DNA from: Candidatus Levybacteria bacterium RIFCSPHIGHO2_01_FULL_36_15b
GTDB taxonomy: Bacteria > Patescibacteriota > Microgenomatia > Levybacterales > UBA12049
NCBI GenBank assembly: GCA_001782045.1
Contig: MFNK01000003.1
Span: 269,049-333,048, forward strand
Length of the DNA stretch: 64,000 nt
Direction: 5' to 3'
Of this stretch, positions 46,772 through 57,054 are shown in pieces (the stretch's first letter is position 1; each line of letters opens with the position of its first letter). The notes beneath the pieces were generated by a model. It made no database searches and had not been told where the DNA came from. It saw nothing but the letters and a program-made list of their open reading frames with translations. The position numbers were made by a program, and so were the translations under genes.

Positions 46772-49051
46772 CATTAAAATAAAACCTAGGCCTGCAAGAA
46801 AAAGTCCTAAAACAAAAGATTTAGGAAAATAATTAAACTCTATTAAATGTTCTCCTTTTGGAATAGATACTGCTCGGAACGTAAAATCACTTCGTAATAT
46901 TTCTATTTCCTTCCCATCTACAAATGCCTCCCAACCAGGGTAGAAAGGGTCTGATATGAAAAGCAAGGAATTTCCATCAGTGTTAGTTTTTATCTTTATC
47001 TTATTGGACGTATAGGTAAGTAAATTAAGTTCTCCTTTTTTAAAATTTGGTTCACTTTGGGGATCTTTTTCTAAAACGACTGTTTCTCTCAAGTTTAAAT
47101 CCTTTGTAAACATCTCGTTTAGGATTTCTTGGGAGTTTGTTTTGACAGAATATTTATCAAGAAGAAAGGCCTTAGGATAAGCTTTAATGTTCTCATAGAT
47201 TTGATAAGCTACATCATCATAAGTTAATTTAAAACTATCTGGATAATTCCAAAAAGGATACTCCCAAACAGCATTACCATCTGATTTCTTGTGAATTAAA
47301 TAATTAACTCCCAATAAGTTTAATCCCTCATCTGAATTCAGTCCGTTTTTGGGAAATGCCACGACTGAACGAGCTGCAGGCGTTAAGTCACCATTATTTA
47401 GAGACGATATGAATTCTCCGTACCTTCTATTGTATACAGCGTCATATCCTCCTATTGTCGGTACTTTATAGACTACCGAGGCTTCTGCGCCAAAATTTGC
47501 TAACGCACGATCTTTATTCTGAATTTTAGCCAACTCACTTGAAACTTGTACATTTGGATAAAAATGGCTCTTGAGAGCAAATGGCTGCCATTTAGTCGCA
47601 AATCTAAGCATATCTAATGCTGTAAGAAGAATAAGTATAAATAGAATAATATTTATTCGCCTTGTGAGTTTACTAAAAATTATAAATAAACCGATTGTGC
47701 CTAAAAACGCTACAAAAATAAGCGTAGGTAGGATTAGATTTTGCCTAGCAATAACGGATTTTTCCAAACCTAGTACTTTTAAAAACACTATTAGCCACAG
47801 AGTTATAAAAATTATTGAGATAAGTGGTAAAAAGAGTTTCAATTTTTTTAACACTTTCTCTCTTAAATCCTTTTCCAGTTTTTCATAACCAAAAGCCGCA
47901 AGAACTGCGGCCGAAAAACTAAATAAAACTATTACTCTTGAAGCAGCGCTGGTTGATAATACAGGAATTTTAAGCAATACAACTAAATTTAAAAGTGGTG
48001 TTTGAAAAGAAAGAAATATTGCAATTAATGAGGAGACTAGGAAAAAAAATATTTTTTTGTTTTTTACGTAAAATAGACTATATATAGCAAGGAGTATTGG
48101 AACAAGTCCTAAAAAGGCATTCCATTCGGCATAATGCCCATACCAGTCGTTTCTTGTAACCGGATTGCCAAAGAAGTCTGGAGCAAAAAAAGTTGCAACA
48201 TAGCTCCACGGTATTACTTCAGCTTTTTGAAAGATAGAACTTCTTAAGCTTTGAGTATATGCTTCGACAGATGGCAAAACCTGAGGCAATGTAAGTAAGG
48301 CTCCAAAAGTTAAATAAGCAAAACAGAAAAAGGTTAATTGCTTATCTCTTGTTTCATAAAGCTTAAATAATAAATAAATAACTATAAAAAAAAGAAAATA
48401 TAAACTGATCTGAAAATGTCCGCTGAAAAAAGACAAAGGAAAAGTGAGCGATAGCATAAACAAATACTTAAATTCTCTTTCACTATAATATTTCTCTATA
48501 AAAAAAAGGGCGAGCGGTAAAAAAAGTATTGCATATCCAAGCGTTGCATAACCCATCCATGAGGTAATGAAGCCGCAAAACATAAAAGACACTGCTCCTA
48601 TTAAAGATGATTGATTTCCTAATTTAAGATTTTTTAAAAAAACAAACATAAAAGTTCCTGCAAGAAGCGGCTGGAGTAAAACTAAAATACTCCATGCATC
48701 TACAAAAGGGAGTAAAAGGAATAATAAATTAAACGGTGAAAGTACTGCTGATTGATAATTGGCAAGATGTACCGTCCCGGAAAAACTATAAGGATTCCAG
48801 AGCGGAATTTCACCACTTTTTAATGTATCTATAGTAAACATTTTCCACGGGACAATCTGACCTATAACATCGGGCATAGCATTGTTTTTTACAGGTCCTG
48901 CAAAACCGGGATAAGCATTCCATGGAGAAAAGAAATTAACAAGATAATCTGAAGCAAAAGGAATTTTATTTTGAACAAAATAGGGAGCAGAAAAGATTAG
49001 CCATATAAAAAAAATAAATAGCAGTGGCCAAAATTTATTTAATAATTTCAT
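46697..49051 (-). CDS. YfhO-family-like GT-C membrane glycosyltransferase (784 aa)
   Basis: ...IPLWNPYSFSGTVHLANYQSAVLSPFNLLFL..., with a C-terminal TM LGLFLAGLGFILMLFF. Confidence 0.7.
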   Translation of the reverse strand: MKLLNKFWPLLFIFFIWLIFSAPYFVQNKIPFASDYLVNFFSPWNAYPGFAGPVKNNAMPDVIGQIVPWKMFTIDTLKSGEIPLWNPYSFSGTVHLANYQSAVLSPFNLLFLLLPFVDAWSILVLLQPLLAGTFMFVFLKNLKLGNQSSLIGAVSFMFCGFITSWMGYATLGYAILFLPLALFFIEKYYSEREFKYLFMLSLTFPLSFFSGHFQISLYFLFFIVIYLLFKLYETRDKQLTFFCFAYLTFGALLTLPQVLPSVEAYTQSLRSSIFQKAEVIPWSYVATFFAPDFFGNPVTRNDWYGHYAEWNAFLGLVPILLAIYSLFYVKNKKIFFFLVSSLIAIFLSFQTPLLNLVVLLKIPVLSTSAASRVIVLFSFSAAVLAAFGYEKLEKDLREKVLKKLKLFLPLISIIFITLWLIVFLKVLGLEKSVIARQNLILPTLIFVAFLGTIGLFIIFSKLTRRINIILFILILLTALDMLRFATKWQPFALKSHFYPNVQVSSELAKIQNKDRALANFGAEASVVYKVPTIGGYDAVYNRRYGEFISSLNNGDLTPAARSVVAFPKNGLNSDEGLNLLGVNYLIHKKSDGNAVWEYPFWNYPDSFKLTYDDVAYQIYENIKAYPKAFLLDKYSVKTNSQEILNEMFTKDLNLRETVVLEKDPQSEPNFKKGELNLLTYTSNKIKIKTNTDGNSLLFISDPFYPGWEAFVDGKEIEILRSDFTFRAVSIPKGEHLIEFNYFPKSFVLGLFLAGLGFILMLFFPKFKFLYGKPFFSKIKQVNKL

Positions 49052-49787
49052 TTTTTTTATTTTGAAATTCCCAAAGTTTTGCGTATGTTATAAAAATACT
49101 AAAAGCTTGATAAATACTTTCTATTAGTCCTGTGCCCCTTGCCTTATATCCACCTTGCAATATGTAAGAATTGACAAAAGCAGACAACATAACTCTTGGG
49201 AATCTCCACCAACTCATTTTAGGATGATTAGCCCTTAAACGTAACTCTGCTTCAATACTAGACCAAGCAGCAGTTTTTTCAACCATTGATTCCAAGTTTT
49301 TATGAGTTTTATGTATTAAGAAACCATCAAAAATTGCAGTTTTACCCTCAACTATTGGTGTTTCGTGGATTTTACCCTCCCATCTTTTTAAATTGCCTTT
49401 TCTAAAAAGTCTTAACATCTTTTCTATATAGGGCCATTCATAATTTCCTAAATAAAAGTTTTTCCTTCTTAGATAATAAGCGCTAATGTTGTCATTTTTA
49501 ACGGCTTTGAGAATTTCACCCTTTAAAACTTCATCGCATCTTTCATCAGCATCAATATACAAAACCCAATCAAAACTCGCATGTTTAAGCCCAAAATTGC
49601 GACTCTCTGAAAAGTTAACTGTGGAGTCAATAAATACTTTTGCTCCTAAGCTTTCTGCTATTTTCTCTGTATTATCTGTTGAGCCGTTATCTACTACGAT
49701 AATTTCATCACAAAAAGATAAGTTATCAATGCAATCCCTTATATTATCTATTTCATTCTTTGCAAGAATAATCGCTGAAATTTTCAT
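49035..49787 (-). CDS. Glycosyltransferase family 2 (WaaE/KdtX-like)
   Basis: MKISAIILAKNEIDNIRDCIDNLSFCDEIIVVDNGSTDNTEKIAESLGAKV...IDADER. Confidence 0.8.
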   Translation of the reverse strand: MKISAIILAKNEIDNIRDCIDNLSFCDEIIVVDNGSTDNTEKIAESLGAKVFIDSTVNFSESRNFGLKHASFDWVLYIDADERCDEVLKGEILKAVKNDNISAYYLRRKNFYLGNYEWPYIEKMLRLFRKGNLKRWEGKIHETPIVEGKTAIFDGFLIHKTHKNLESMVEKTAAWSSIEAELRLRANHPKMSWWRFPRVMLSAFVNSYILQGGYKARGTGLIESIYQAFSIFITYAKLWEFQNKKNEIIK

Positions 49788-50692
49788 CTTTTATAACTAC
49801 CCTTACCTAGTATTCGCAAATAATAATCCCGCACGCCAATCTTTTGCCATTTCCTTCCTTCGTACAAAAGCCGTATGCTTTCTTTCAATAATGCCAACTT
49901 GGAGTAAAAAGGTCCATATTTGATACCGAATATCAGTCTATTGCGTGTTATGTAATAATCTTGCAGTTCCGAGCCGGAACCCCCGGTGGCCGCAGCATTT
50001 TTATGCCATAATTTTGCAGCAGGTTCAAATTGAATTTTAAATCCTTTAATTTTTGATCTGATACTAAAATCTGCATCTTCATAGTAGAGAAAATACCTAT
50101 CATCCAAAAGTCCCACATTTTCAAAAACTTCTTTTTTGATCATCATGCAGCAACCTGTAGCTATTTCAGTTTCGCTAGTTTTAGAGTATTTATTGCTATC
50201 TACTTCATCGACTCCAGTATGTTTTCCTAAAATATTTTTCCAGTCTATTTCTCCTCCCGCATACCAAATAATTTTTCCTTTATCTTTTTCGCTGTATCTT
50301 TCTTTGTGATATTCAAAACCTTTAGCAAAATATATTTTAGGAACCACTATTCCTACATCGCTTTTGAAAGCTTTCAGCATATTTGTAATTAAATCCTTAT
50401 CTACTTGTGTATCGTTGTTTAAAATAACGATATAATCAGCACCATTCTGCAGGGAATATTTGATTCCAATGTTGTGCCCTCCACTAAACCCTAAGTTTTG
50501 ATTACTCCTTATAATCTTTAGTTTAAATTCTTTAAGGCTTTCCCGAGAGACAAATGGTTCTACTGAGGCATTATCAATAACTACCACATTAAGCTCTATG
50601 TCTTTTCTATCTAACTTTCTAATACTCTCAAGACATTCAAGGGTAGATTCATTATCATTAAATGTAAGCAGAGAAATAAAAACTTTGCTCAT
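49784..50692 (-). CDS. Glycosyltransferase family 2 (WbbL/rhamnosyltransferase-like subgroup)
   Basis: ...VVIDNASVEP..., NQNLGFSGGHNIG, ILNNDT, YFLYYEDADFSIRSKIKGF. Confidence 0.8.
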   Translation of the reverse strand: MSKVFISLLTFNDNESTLECLESIRKLDRKDIELNVVVIDNASVEPFVSRESLKEFKLKIIRSNQNLGFSGGHNIGIKYSLQNGADYIVILNNDTQVDKDLITNMLKAFKSDVGIVVPKIYFAKGFEYHKERYSEKDKGKIIWYAGGEIDWKNILGKHTGVDEVDSNKYSKTSETEIATGCCMMIKKEVFENVGLLDDRYFLYYEDADFSIRSKIKGFKIQFEPAAKLWHKNAAATGGSGSELQDYYITRNRLIFGIKYGPFYSKLALLKESIRLLYEGRKWQKIGVRDYYLRILGKGSYKR

Positions 50693-51604
50693 CTAGATTT
50701 TTATCTTTCCTCTTATTTTTTCAATATTTTTTTTGAAGGGATTTTTAATATTTTCCAATTTTTCTTTTCTTATCCAGTAATTTATATCCCGCCCATTTCT
50801 TTTGAATTCATCTTCAACTTCGGATAAAAAGTTTTCACCATTGCGCTCTACAAACCCTTTCTTTTCCCAAATAAACGCAAAAACTAAAAAATGATAAAAA
50901 GCCATCAAAAAAGACAACATTAATCCATGAAAACCGTCTTTATATCCTTTTCTCGAAAAAAACCACTTAAGAAAATCGTCAACTGGAAAGCGAATTGCAT
51001 CATAATATGAGAATTTGTATCCGTTCTTGATATATTCTTCTGCCTCATTTGGAGCATATATCATAATTTTATTTACAAACTGAGCAATAGATTCATAGTT
51101 ATGGTGAATTATGTAGCTGGATAATTTTTCCGTGTGTCCTCCTAGCTTAAGATCTTCATGAACATGCTTGCTTTCATATTTTCCTTTTCCTTTCTTGAAT
51201 AACCTCAATTGATAGTCAGGATACCATCCAGTATTTTCGCTTATCCACTTTCCAAACATAAAGTTTTTTCTTGGTATCCAATAGCCAGATGCGTCTTTTG
51301 AGTTCTTAATCACAGATTTTATTTCTTCTGCAAGCTCACTTGACACTTCTTCGTCAGCGTCTAGGCTTAATATCCAATCATTAGATACTTTATCAAAGCC
51401 GAAGTTTTTTTGAATATCTATATTTTGAGGATCGTTTTTTTGACTATAAACTTTGTCCGTATATTTTTTTGCAATTTTAAATGTATTGTCAACCGATTGA
51501 TTATCAACGAAGATAATTTCATCGACAAACTTTAAGGACCTAAGACATCTATCTATATTTTTTTCTTCATTGTATGCGCTTACGACTGCCGAAATTTTTG
51601 GCAT
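50693..51604 (-). CDS. Glycosyltransferase family 2 (WaaE/KdtX-like)
   Basis: MPKISAVVSAYNEEKNIDRCLRSLKFVDEIIFVDNQSVDNTFKIAKKY...LDADEEVS. Confidence 0.8.
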   Translation of the reverse strand: MPKISAVVSAYNEEKNIDRCLRSLKFVDEIIFVDNQSVDNTFKIAKKYTDKVYSQKNDPQNIDIQKNFGFDKVSNDWILSLDADEEVSSELAEEIKSVIKNSKDASGYWIPRKNFMFGKWISENTGWYPDYQLRLFKKGKGKYESKHVHEDLKLGGHTEKLSSYIIHHNYESIAQFVNKIMIYAPNEAEEYIKNGYKFSYYDAIRFPVDDFLKWFFSRKGYKDGFHGLMLSFLMAFYHFLVFAFIWEKKGFVERNGENFLSEVEDEFKRNGRDINYWIRKEKLENIKNPFKKNIEKIRGKIKI

Positions 51605-51607
51605 ATT

Positions 51608-53062
51608 CTAACTCCTTAGGTTTTCTCTTATAAGTAATAAATCGGTTTTTAAACGTTCTTTTCCTATAATATATACTGTAAAAAAGTATATCACAGCTCC
51701 GATTACAATGACCGAAATTAAGCCAAGTAAATTAACCGAAATAAAAGGACTTATTAGGTAAACAGCAATTCCCATAAGAATTGATCCGAAAATTGGATAA
51801 GAAATCGCACTTGCTACATTAAATTTAATTTGTCTTTTTGTTATATAAATAACTAAAACTACTGAAACTGAAATTATCGCAGAAGCAATTGCAACTCCAT
51901 TAAAACCAAATAGTACAATTAGTAGTGGCGTTAAAACCCAAGTTGATAAGGTCCAAAATACCATAAGATATAGGGTGGTTTTAATTTTGCCTATTGCATT
52001 CAAAGCATTCGTAAGCGGCGTAGAGATAGAAGATAAACTTGCGTTTATAGAAAAAAATAAAAGAGACAAAAGCGCAGGCTCCCATTTGCTGTACCTTGGA
52101 ATGAGATCAATAAAATATGGGGATAAAACCACCAGTCCCACAAGCGAGGGAAAAATAAGGAAACTTGCTGCGAATATTGATTTTTCTATTGCTTTTGAAA
52201 GAATCTCTTTTTCATTCTGAAGTCTTGAAAAAGAAGGAAAAGTTATTCTTATAACATTATCCATTACTAATCTTAAAGGCATTAAAGACCACTTTTGCGC
52301 AAACCCAATATAGCCTACTTGTGAAAAAGGAAGTATTTTGCCCAAAAAAGCTATAAACAAATCATCTTTTATTAAGGCGAGCAAGCTATTAAGCTGGAAT
52401 GGAACCCCAAAGGTTAAGAGTTTTTTTGCACTATCTTTTGAAAATCCAATACCAACTCGCCAGGGACTTATTATATATATTGTAATAAGTCCTGAAATTC
52501 CCCGAGCCAGAACTGCAAAACTAAAGCTTGAAATTCCGAATCCATTAATTGCCAAAATCACAACTGTAATATTAAAAAATAAAGCTTCTACTAATTGAGG
52601 CACTACCAGTTTTGTAAAATTTAATTCCCTCTCTAATATTATCGATGGTATGGTTTTAAGGGAAGAAAGAAAAAACGATACGGCAAGAGCTTGGAAGAGA
52701 AATACCCCGTCTTGTCCTAAATTATAAAACCTTCCAATACTGCTCGAGAAAAAAAGTGCTAATGCAACAAGTGATAAAACGAGAATCTGTTGGATGGTGA
52801 AAGTAGTCTTTAAATCATCATCTGTTATATTTTCTTTTTTTTGTATCAGAGCAGCTGCAAGTCCAACATCAGAAAAATACGAAAGAAAAGCAATGATAGC
52901 CGAAACAATAAAAAACACCCCAAAAATTGAAGGAGCCAGAAAAATTGTAAGTAAAAAATTAGCAGAAAAATTTACAACTTGTATAAAAAACGTTCTTGAA
53001 GTAAGTGCTATTATTCCACGAACTGATTTCTGCTTAATTGTGGCTATATCAACTTCTTGCAT
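51608..53062 (-). CDS. Wzx/MurJ-like (MOP superfamily) polysaccharide flippase
   Basis: 484 aa, ~14 TM. ...SVRGIIALTSRTFFIQVVNFSANFLLTIFLAPSIFGVFFIVSAIIAFLSYFSDVGLAAALIQK... is typical of Polysacc_synt proteins. Confidence 0.7.
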   Translation of the reverse strand: MQEVDIATIKQKSVRGIIALTSRTFFIQVVNFSANFLLTIFLAPSIFGVFFIVSAIIAFLSYFSDVGLAAALIQKKENITDDDLKTTFTIQQILVLSLVALALFFSSSIGRFYNLGQDGVFLFQALAVSFFLSSLKTIPSIILERELNFTKLVVPQLVEALFFNITVVILAINGFGISSFSFAVLARGISGLITIYIISPWRVGIGFSKDSAKKLLTFGVPFQLNSLLALIKDDLFIAFLGKILPFSQVGYIGFAQKWSLMPLRLVMDNVIRITFPSFSRLQNEKEILSKAIEKSIFAASFLIFPSLVGLVVLSPYFIDLIPRYSKWEPALLSLLFFSINASLSSISTPLTNALNAIGKIKTTLYLMVFWTLSTWVLTPLLIVLFGFNGVAIASAIISVSVVLVIYITKRQIKFNVASAISYPIFGSILMGIAVYLISPFISVNLLGLISVIVIGAVIYFFTVYIIGKERLKTDLLLIRENLRS

Positions 53063-53765
53063 GATTAAAATTCAAATCTTTCCATAACGTCAAACTTTCC
53101 TTTATTGCCCTAAGAATTACCCGTAAGTTTCCCCCGCTTTGATCTCCATAAATACGTGGATAATGATGAACTTCAACTTCTAGAATTTTTAATTTTGCTT
53201 TTCTTGCCCTGGCTAAAATTTCCGTGGTTATCATAGCTCCTTCGGATGAAAGAGGAAGAATTTTATTTACTGCTTCTTTCTTAAATAGCTTAAATCCACA
53301 ATCTATATCTTTAAACCTAAATCCAAAAAATATATAGTCCCAAATCTTAAGTAGCAACATTAATAAGTGTCTAAATGGATGATCATGTCTTTTTTTCCTG
53401 AAACCTACTACTATGTCAGCGTTGTCTATTTTTTCCATAAATTTTGATATTTCCGAAAAATCAAACTGCCCATCACCGTCATTAAAAACAATATGATTGT
53501 ATCTTGATCTTTTTAACCCGGTTTTTAAAGCAGCTCCATATCCCCTGTTTTCTCCATGAGCAACCGTAATAAGTCTATTGTCTCTTTCTGATATTTTTTT
53601 CATAAGTTCTAGCGTATTGTCAGAAGATCCATCATCCACCATTATAATTTCCCATTTTTTTGCTATTTTATTAGCAACGGGAATTGCCTTATTTATAACT
53701 CTTTCCAAATTTTCTTCCTCGTTCCAAAAGGGGAAAAAGATTGATAATTCCTCAAATCTGCTCAT
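53049..53765 (-). CDS. GT2 polyprenol-phosphate-sugar synthase (DPM1/GtrB-like)
   Basis: LSIFFPFWNEEENLERVI...IIMVDDGSSDNT...HGENRGYGAALKTG, ...DIDCGFKLFKK. Confidence 0.75.
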   Translation of the reverse strand: MSRFEELSIFFPFWNEEENLERVINKAIPVANKIAKKWEIIMVDDGSSDNTLELMKKISERDNRLITVAHGENRGYGAALKTGLKRSRYNHIVFNDGDGQFDFSEISKFMEKIDNADIVVGFRKKRHDHPFRHLLMLLLKIWDYIFFGFRFKDIDCGFKLFKKEAVNKILPLSSEGAMITTEILARARKAKLKILEVEVHHYPRIYGDQSGGNLRVILRAIKESLTLWKDLNFNHARS

Positions 53766-55429
53766 CTGGGTCTTTTTATTATACCAAGAGCAAGGAGCAC
53801 AATGCCAGATATGCTTAAAATATTACCAATTGTCTCAGTTTTTGTTTCTTTATAAGCAAACACTAGATTATTTTTTCCTGGTACAAGTTGTACGCTTGTG
53901 CCCTTAGTAGCTTCTTTTGTACTTACTTCTCTTCCGTTTAGATATGCTCTCCATGCCGGAAAATATGCCAAGGGGACAACAACGTTTGTCTTTTGAACAG
54001 TTCTTAGATTTAATTCTATTCTGTTAGTTTTTTTACTATAGCTTTCCAATCTAATGTTGTTATTTTCTACTGATTTCAAATTTGCTATTTGAGATATGTT
54101 TTTGGGTTTCATAAATTTCTTTGGCATGTATTCGCTAGTTATTTTAGAAATATCCCAATTCAAAGCATTTTTCGACACATAATCAGATGAATCTTTAGCA
54201 AGAATTGTTTGGGGAGAAAAGAATTTAAAATTTAGAAAAACTACTGCGATACAAGCTGAAAAAATAACTATCATATATATTCTAGGATTAATATATTGTT
54301 TTAATAATAAAAATAAACCACCGCTAAGGAAGGACACAGAAAAAGACGCTATCAATAAAAATCTCCAAGGATACTGAATATATTCCATTGCAGGTAAACT
54401 ATCCCAAATAAATTGAGACGCCGAAAGCATTAGAAATACACTTAAGAGTAAAAATGATAAAAACAATGTTACTATTTGAATTGTGTCTTTCTCCAAAACT
54501 TTAAAATTTCTTTTTAGAAGTAAAAAGAGAGTGGCAAGTATAGATAATACGGAAGCTAATATATGATATTTACCTATCATAAAGGAAATACCATCGATGC
54601 ATCCTTTTGCTGAACCGCCAAATCCCCATTGACTTGTCCAAAACTGCGATAAGCATACGAAATGATCTCTAAAATTTGCTCCTCCGCCAACTTGAGACAC
54701 AACATTTGTATAATTCATTTCTAAAATAGCCGGGAGCGAGTAAAATGAAGAAAGTAAAACTCCTAATCCTAAAGCTATAAATAAATTAGCTCTATTTTTG
54801 TTTTTTATAAAAAGAAAAATAGAAAACAGTAAGTAGAAAGGGGTAATTATAAAAGCAGTTAAATTGTGGGAAATAATAACAAGTGCAAAAAAAAGTGCCA
54901 CAAGAAATACATGTTTATATAAATTTTCCTTGTATATTTTATAAAGACCCAAAAAAACAAGAGGAACAAATCCATAGGCATAAAATTCCGCAACGTCTCC
55001 CCTGACGTAAATATTTACTGCATGATATGGGGCATATAAATAAAGCAACCCGGCGACAAGGCCCGCAGGCCTTCCAAAAAACTCTTTAGCCAATAAATAC
55101 ATAGAAATTCCTGCCAGTATAATGCCAATAATCATCATCGCTTTTGTGGCGTCAAGAGGATTTAAGCCCAATAAGTTAATTACTGCTCCAGTATAGTAAG
55201 CAAATGGTGCATAAAAATTAAATATTGGATAGCCGTACCCAAAACCCAAATCTGCGCTCCATCTTACGGGCACCATTCCATCTTTTAGGGCACTTGCCAT
55301 TTCAAAAACCCTAGAGGGTTGCGTATCGTCATGCATTGGGAAAAATCCGTTTAATAAAAGTGGTCTTATTGCAAAAAAAGATAAGATTATTATTAAAAAG
55401 AATGGAAATAGTTTTTTTAATGATTCCAT
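53762..55429 (-). CDS. Family C polytopic membrane protein (HDD...RW...GYGYPIFNFY), putative GT-C-like glycosyltransferase
   Basis: ...FFPMHDDTQPSRVFEMASALKDGMVPVRWSADLGFGYGYPIFNFYAPFAYY...YAPYHAVNIYVRGDVAEF.... Confidence 0.7.
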   Translation of the reverse strand: MESLKKLFPFFLIIILSFFAIRPLLLNGFFPMHDDTQPSRVFEMASALKDGMVPVRWSADLGFGYGYPIFNFYAPFAYYTGAVINLLGLNPLDATKAMMIIGIILAGISMYLLAKEFFGRPAGLVAGLLYLYAPYHAVNIYVRGDVAEFYAYGFVPLVFLGLYKIYKENLYKHVFLVALFFALVIISHNLTAFIITPFYLLFSIFLFIKNKNRANLFIALGLGVLLSSFYSLPAILEMNYTNVVSQVGGGANFRDHFVCLSQFWTSQWGFGGSAKGCIDGISFMIGKYHILASVLSILATLFLLLKRNFKVLEKDTIQIVTLFLSFLLLSVFLMLSASQFIWDSLPAMEYIQYPWRFLLIASFSVSFLSGGLFLLLKQYINPRIYMIVIFSACIAVVFLNFKFFSPQTILAKDSSDYVSKNALNWDISKITSEYMPKKFMKPKNISQIANLKSVENNNIRLESYSKKTNRIELNLRTVQKTNVVVPLAYFPAWRAYLNGREVSTKEATKGTSVQLVPGKNNLVFAYKETKTETIGNILSISGIVLLALGIIKRPR

Positions 55430-57054
55430 ATTTTTTTTCTATATACCCAAAATAAAATCGTAGTTACTATAAATGAAATTATTGAAATAAAATTACTTAA
55501 GCTTCTTAAAGGAGTTTCTTCAAAGCGTAAGCTTACATCGTTACTGCCCTTGTTTAATCTTAACCTTATTACTCCTCTTGGGTTATCATAGTCTATTTTA
55601 GTGCTTATTCCATTAACGTAAGCATTCCAACCTGGATAATATATCAAATTCACCTGAACCGTTCTTTCTTTTTCTAGAAATGTGCTAAAGCTGATTTTAT
55701 TTGCAAGCGTTTGTGATAATATTATTTTTTCATTTCCGTCTAAAATTTCTACTTTCTCGCTCGCCTGTTGTCTAGGCATTGTTTTTACCCATAAGGGCAT
55801 TAGCTCATTTGAAGATGTAGTAGTCGCTTGATTTGTAGTATAAAATGAGTCTTCCCTTACTATAATAGATTGCGGCTTTGCATGTGGAATAACCAATACA
55901 AATGCAAAGATTGCAAGAAATATAGACATTGCAATAAATCTTTTATCAATTGTTGTCAAATATCCAGCGAGCAGGCTTATCAAGAAAGTAATTACTGCAA
56001 GAAGTGTCCAAGGATAATTTATTTCAGAAATCAGTGGCACGTTAGACCATATAACTGAAGAGAAGGAAAATAAAAGTATAGAAATAGCTAAAGTCGATAA
56101 AATTAAATAAATTGCAATTCGCGAGTCTCTGCTATTGAATCTGAAAAGAACTAAGAAAAAAACCGTGATAAAAACTAAAATATAGGGTAGTCCTATTTGA
56201 TAACCGAAGCCGTTAATATCGGTTGGCGTACCATATCCCCACTTTGGAGTAATTAAATCCGAAAGGCTTACAAAATACTGGCTTCTGTCTGCAATTGGAA
56301 CCTTAGAAAGTAATATTAAATTTTTTTCAGCAAAAGCCGGTATCCAGAAAAATGCGGCAAGGCAAAGGGAAAGAACAATAGAAAATATAAGATTTAATAA
56401 AAATGAAATATTTTTTTTGAAAATTGCAAAAAACGAAACTAACAATAATACTAACCCAAAAAGAACTGCCATAATGTTATGCATTAGCATTAATAAACAG
56501 TAAAGAATTCCAAATATAAGAATGTCTGGAATAGAATTTGGTTTTTCATAAATTTTCTTTATCCAAAGCAGAATGAGCGGAAAAAGAACAAATGACAAAG
56601 ACTCACCAAGTGAGCCTCTAACATATAAATCCACTATGTGATATGGAATATATATATAAAGAGTTGCGCATATAAACCCCGCTAAGTTATTTTTCCAAAG
56701 ATTTTTTGCCAAAAAAAACATTGAAAGAAACGATAAAACTACACTTAATGCAAAGAGAATTTTTATACTTGTAATAAATCCAAGCTTAAGAAAAACAAAA
56801 ACCAGTCCTAAATAATAAGGAAGTGGATATGTAAAGTTAAAAAGTGGATAACCGTATTGAAAATTTAGATAAGTACTATAACGCGCCGGAATCTCGAACG
56901 ACTTAAATTCCCTATACATTTCTGAAAGCCTTACAACTGCCCACTCTCCATCGTGTGTGGGAAAATAACCAGATTTAAAATAAGGCAGTATAAGAGGCAG
57001 ACTTATTACAAAGGATATTAGTAAAATTACAACAATATTTTTGAATTGCTTCAT
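55417..57054 (-). CDS. Family C polytopic membrane protein, tandem paralog
   Basis: ...YFPTHDGEWAVVRLSEMYREFKSFEIPARYSTYLNFQYGYPLFNFTYPLPYY...YIPYHIVDLYVRGSLGES.... Confidence 0.7.
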   Translation of the reverse strand: MKQFKNIVVILLISFVISLPLILPYFKSGYFPTHDGEWAVVRLSEMYREFKSFEIPARYSTYLNFQYGYPLFNFTYPLPYYLGLVFVFLKLGFITSIKILFALSVVLSFLSMFFLAKNLWKNNLAGFICATLYIYIPYHIVDLYVRGSLGESLSFVLFPLILLWIKKIYEKPNSIPDILIFGILYCLLMLMHNIMAVLFGLVLLLVSFFAIFKKNISFLLNLIFSIVLSLCLAAFFWIPAFAEKNLILLSKVPIADRSQYFVSLSDLITPKWGYGTPTDINGFGYQIGLPYILVFITVFFLVLFRFNSRDSRIAIYLILSTLAISILLFSFSSVIWSNVPLISEINYPWTLLAVITFLISLLAGYLTTIDKRFIAMSIFLAIFAFVLVIPHAKPQSIIVREDSFYTTNQATTTSSNELMPLWVKTMPRQQASEKVEILDGNEKIILSQTLANKISFSTFLEKERTVQVNLIYYPGWNAYVNGISTKIDYDNPRGVIRLRLNKGSNDVSLRFEETPLRSLSNFISIISFIVTTILFWVYRKKIWNH

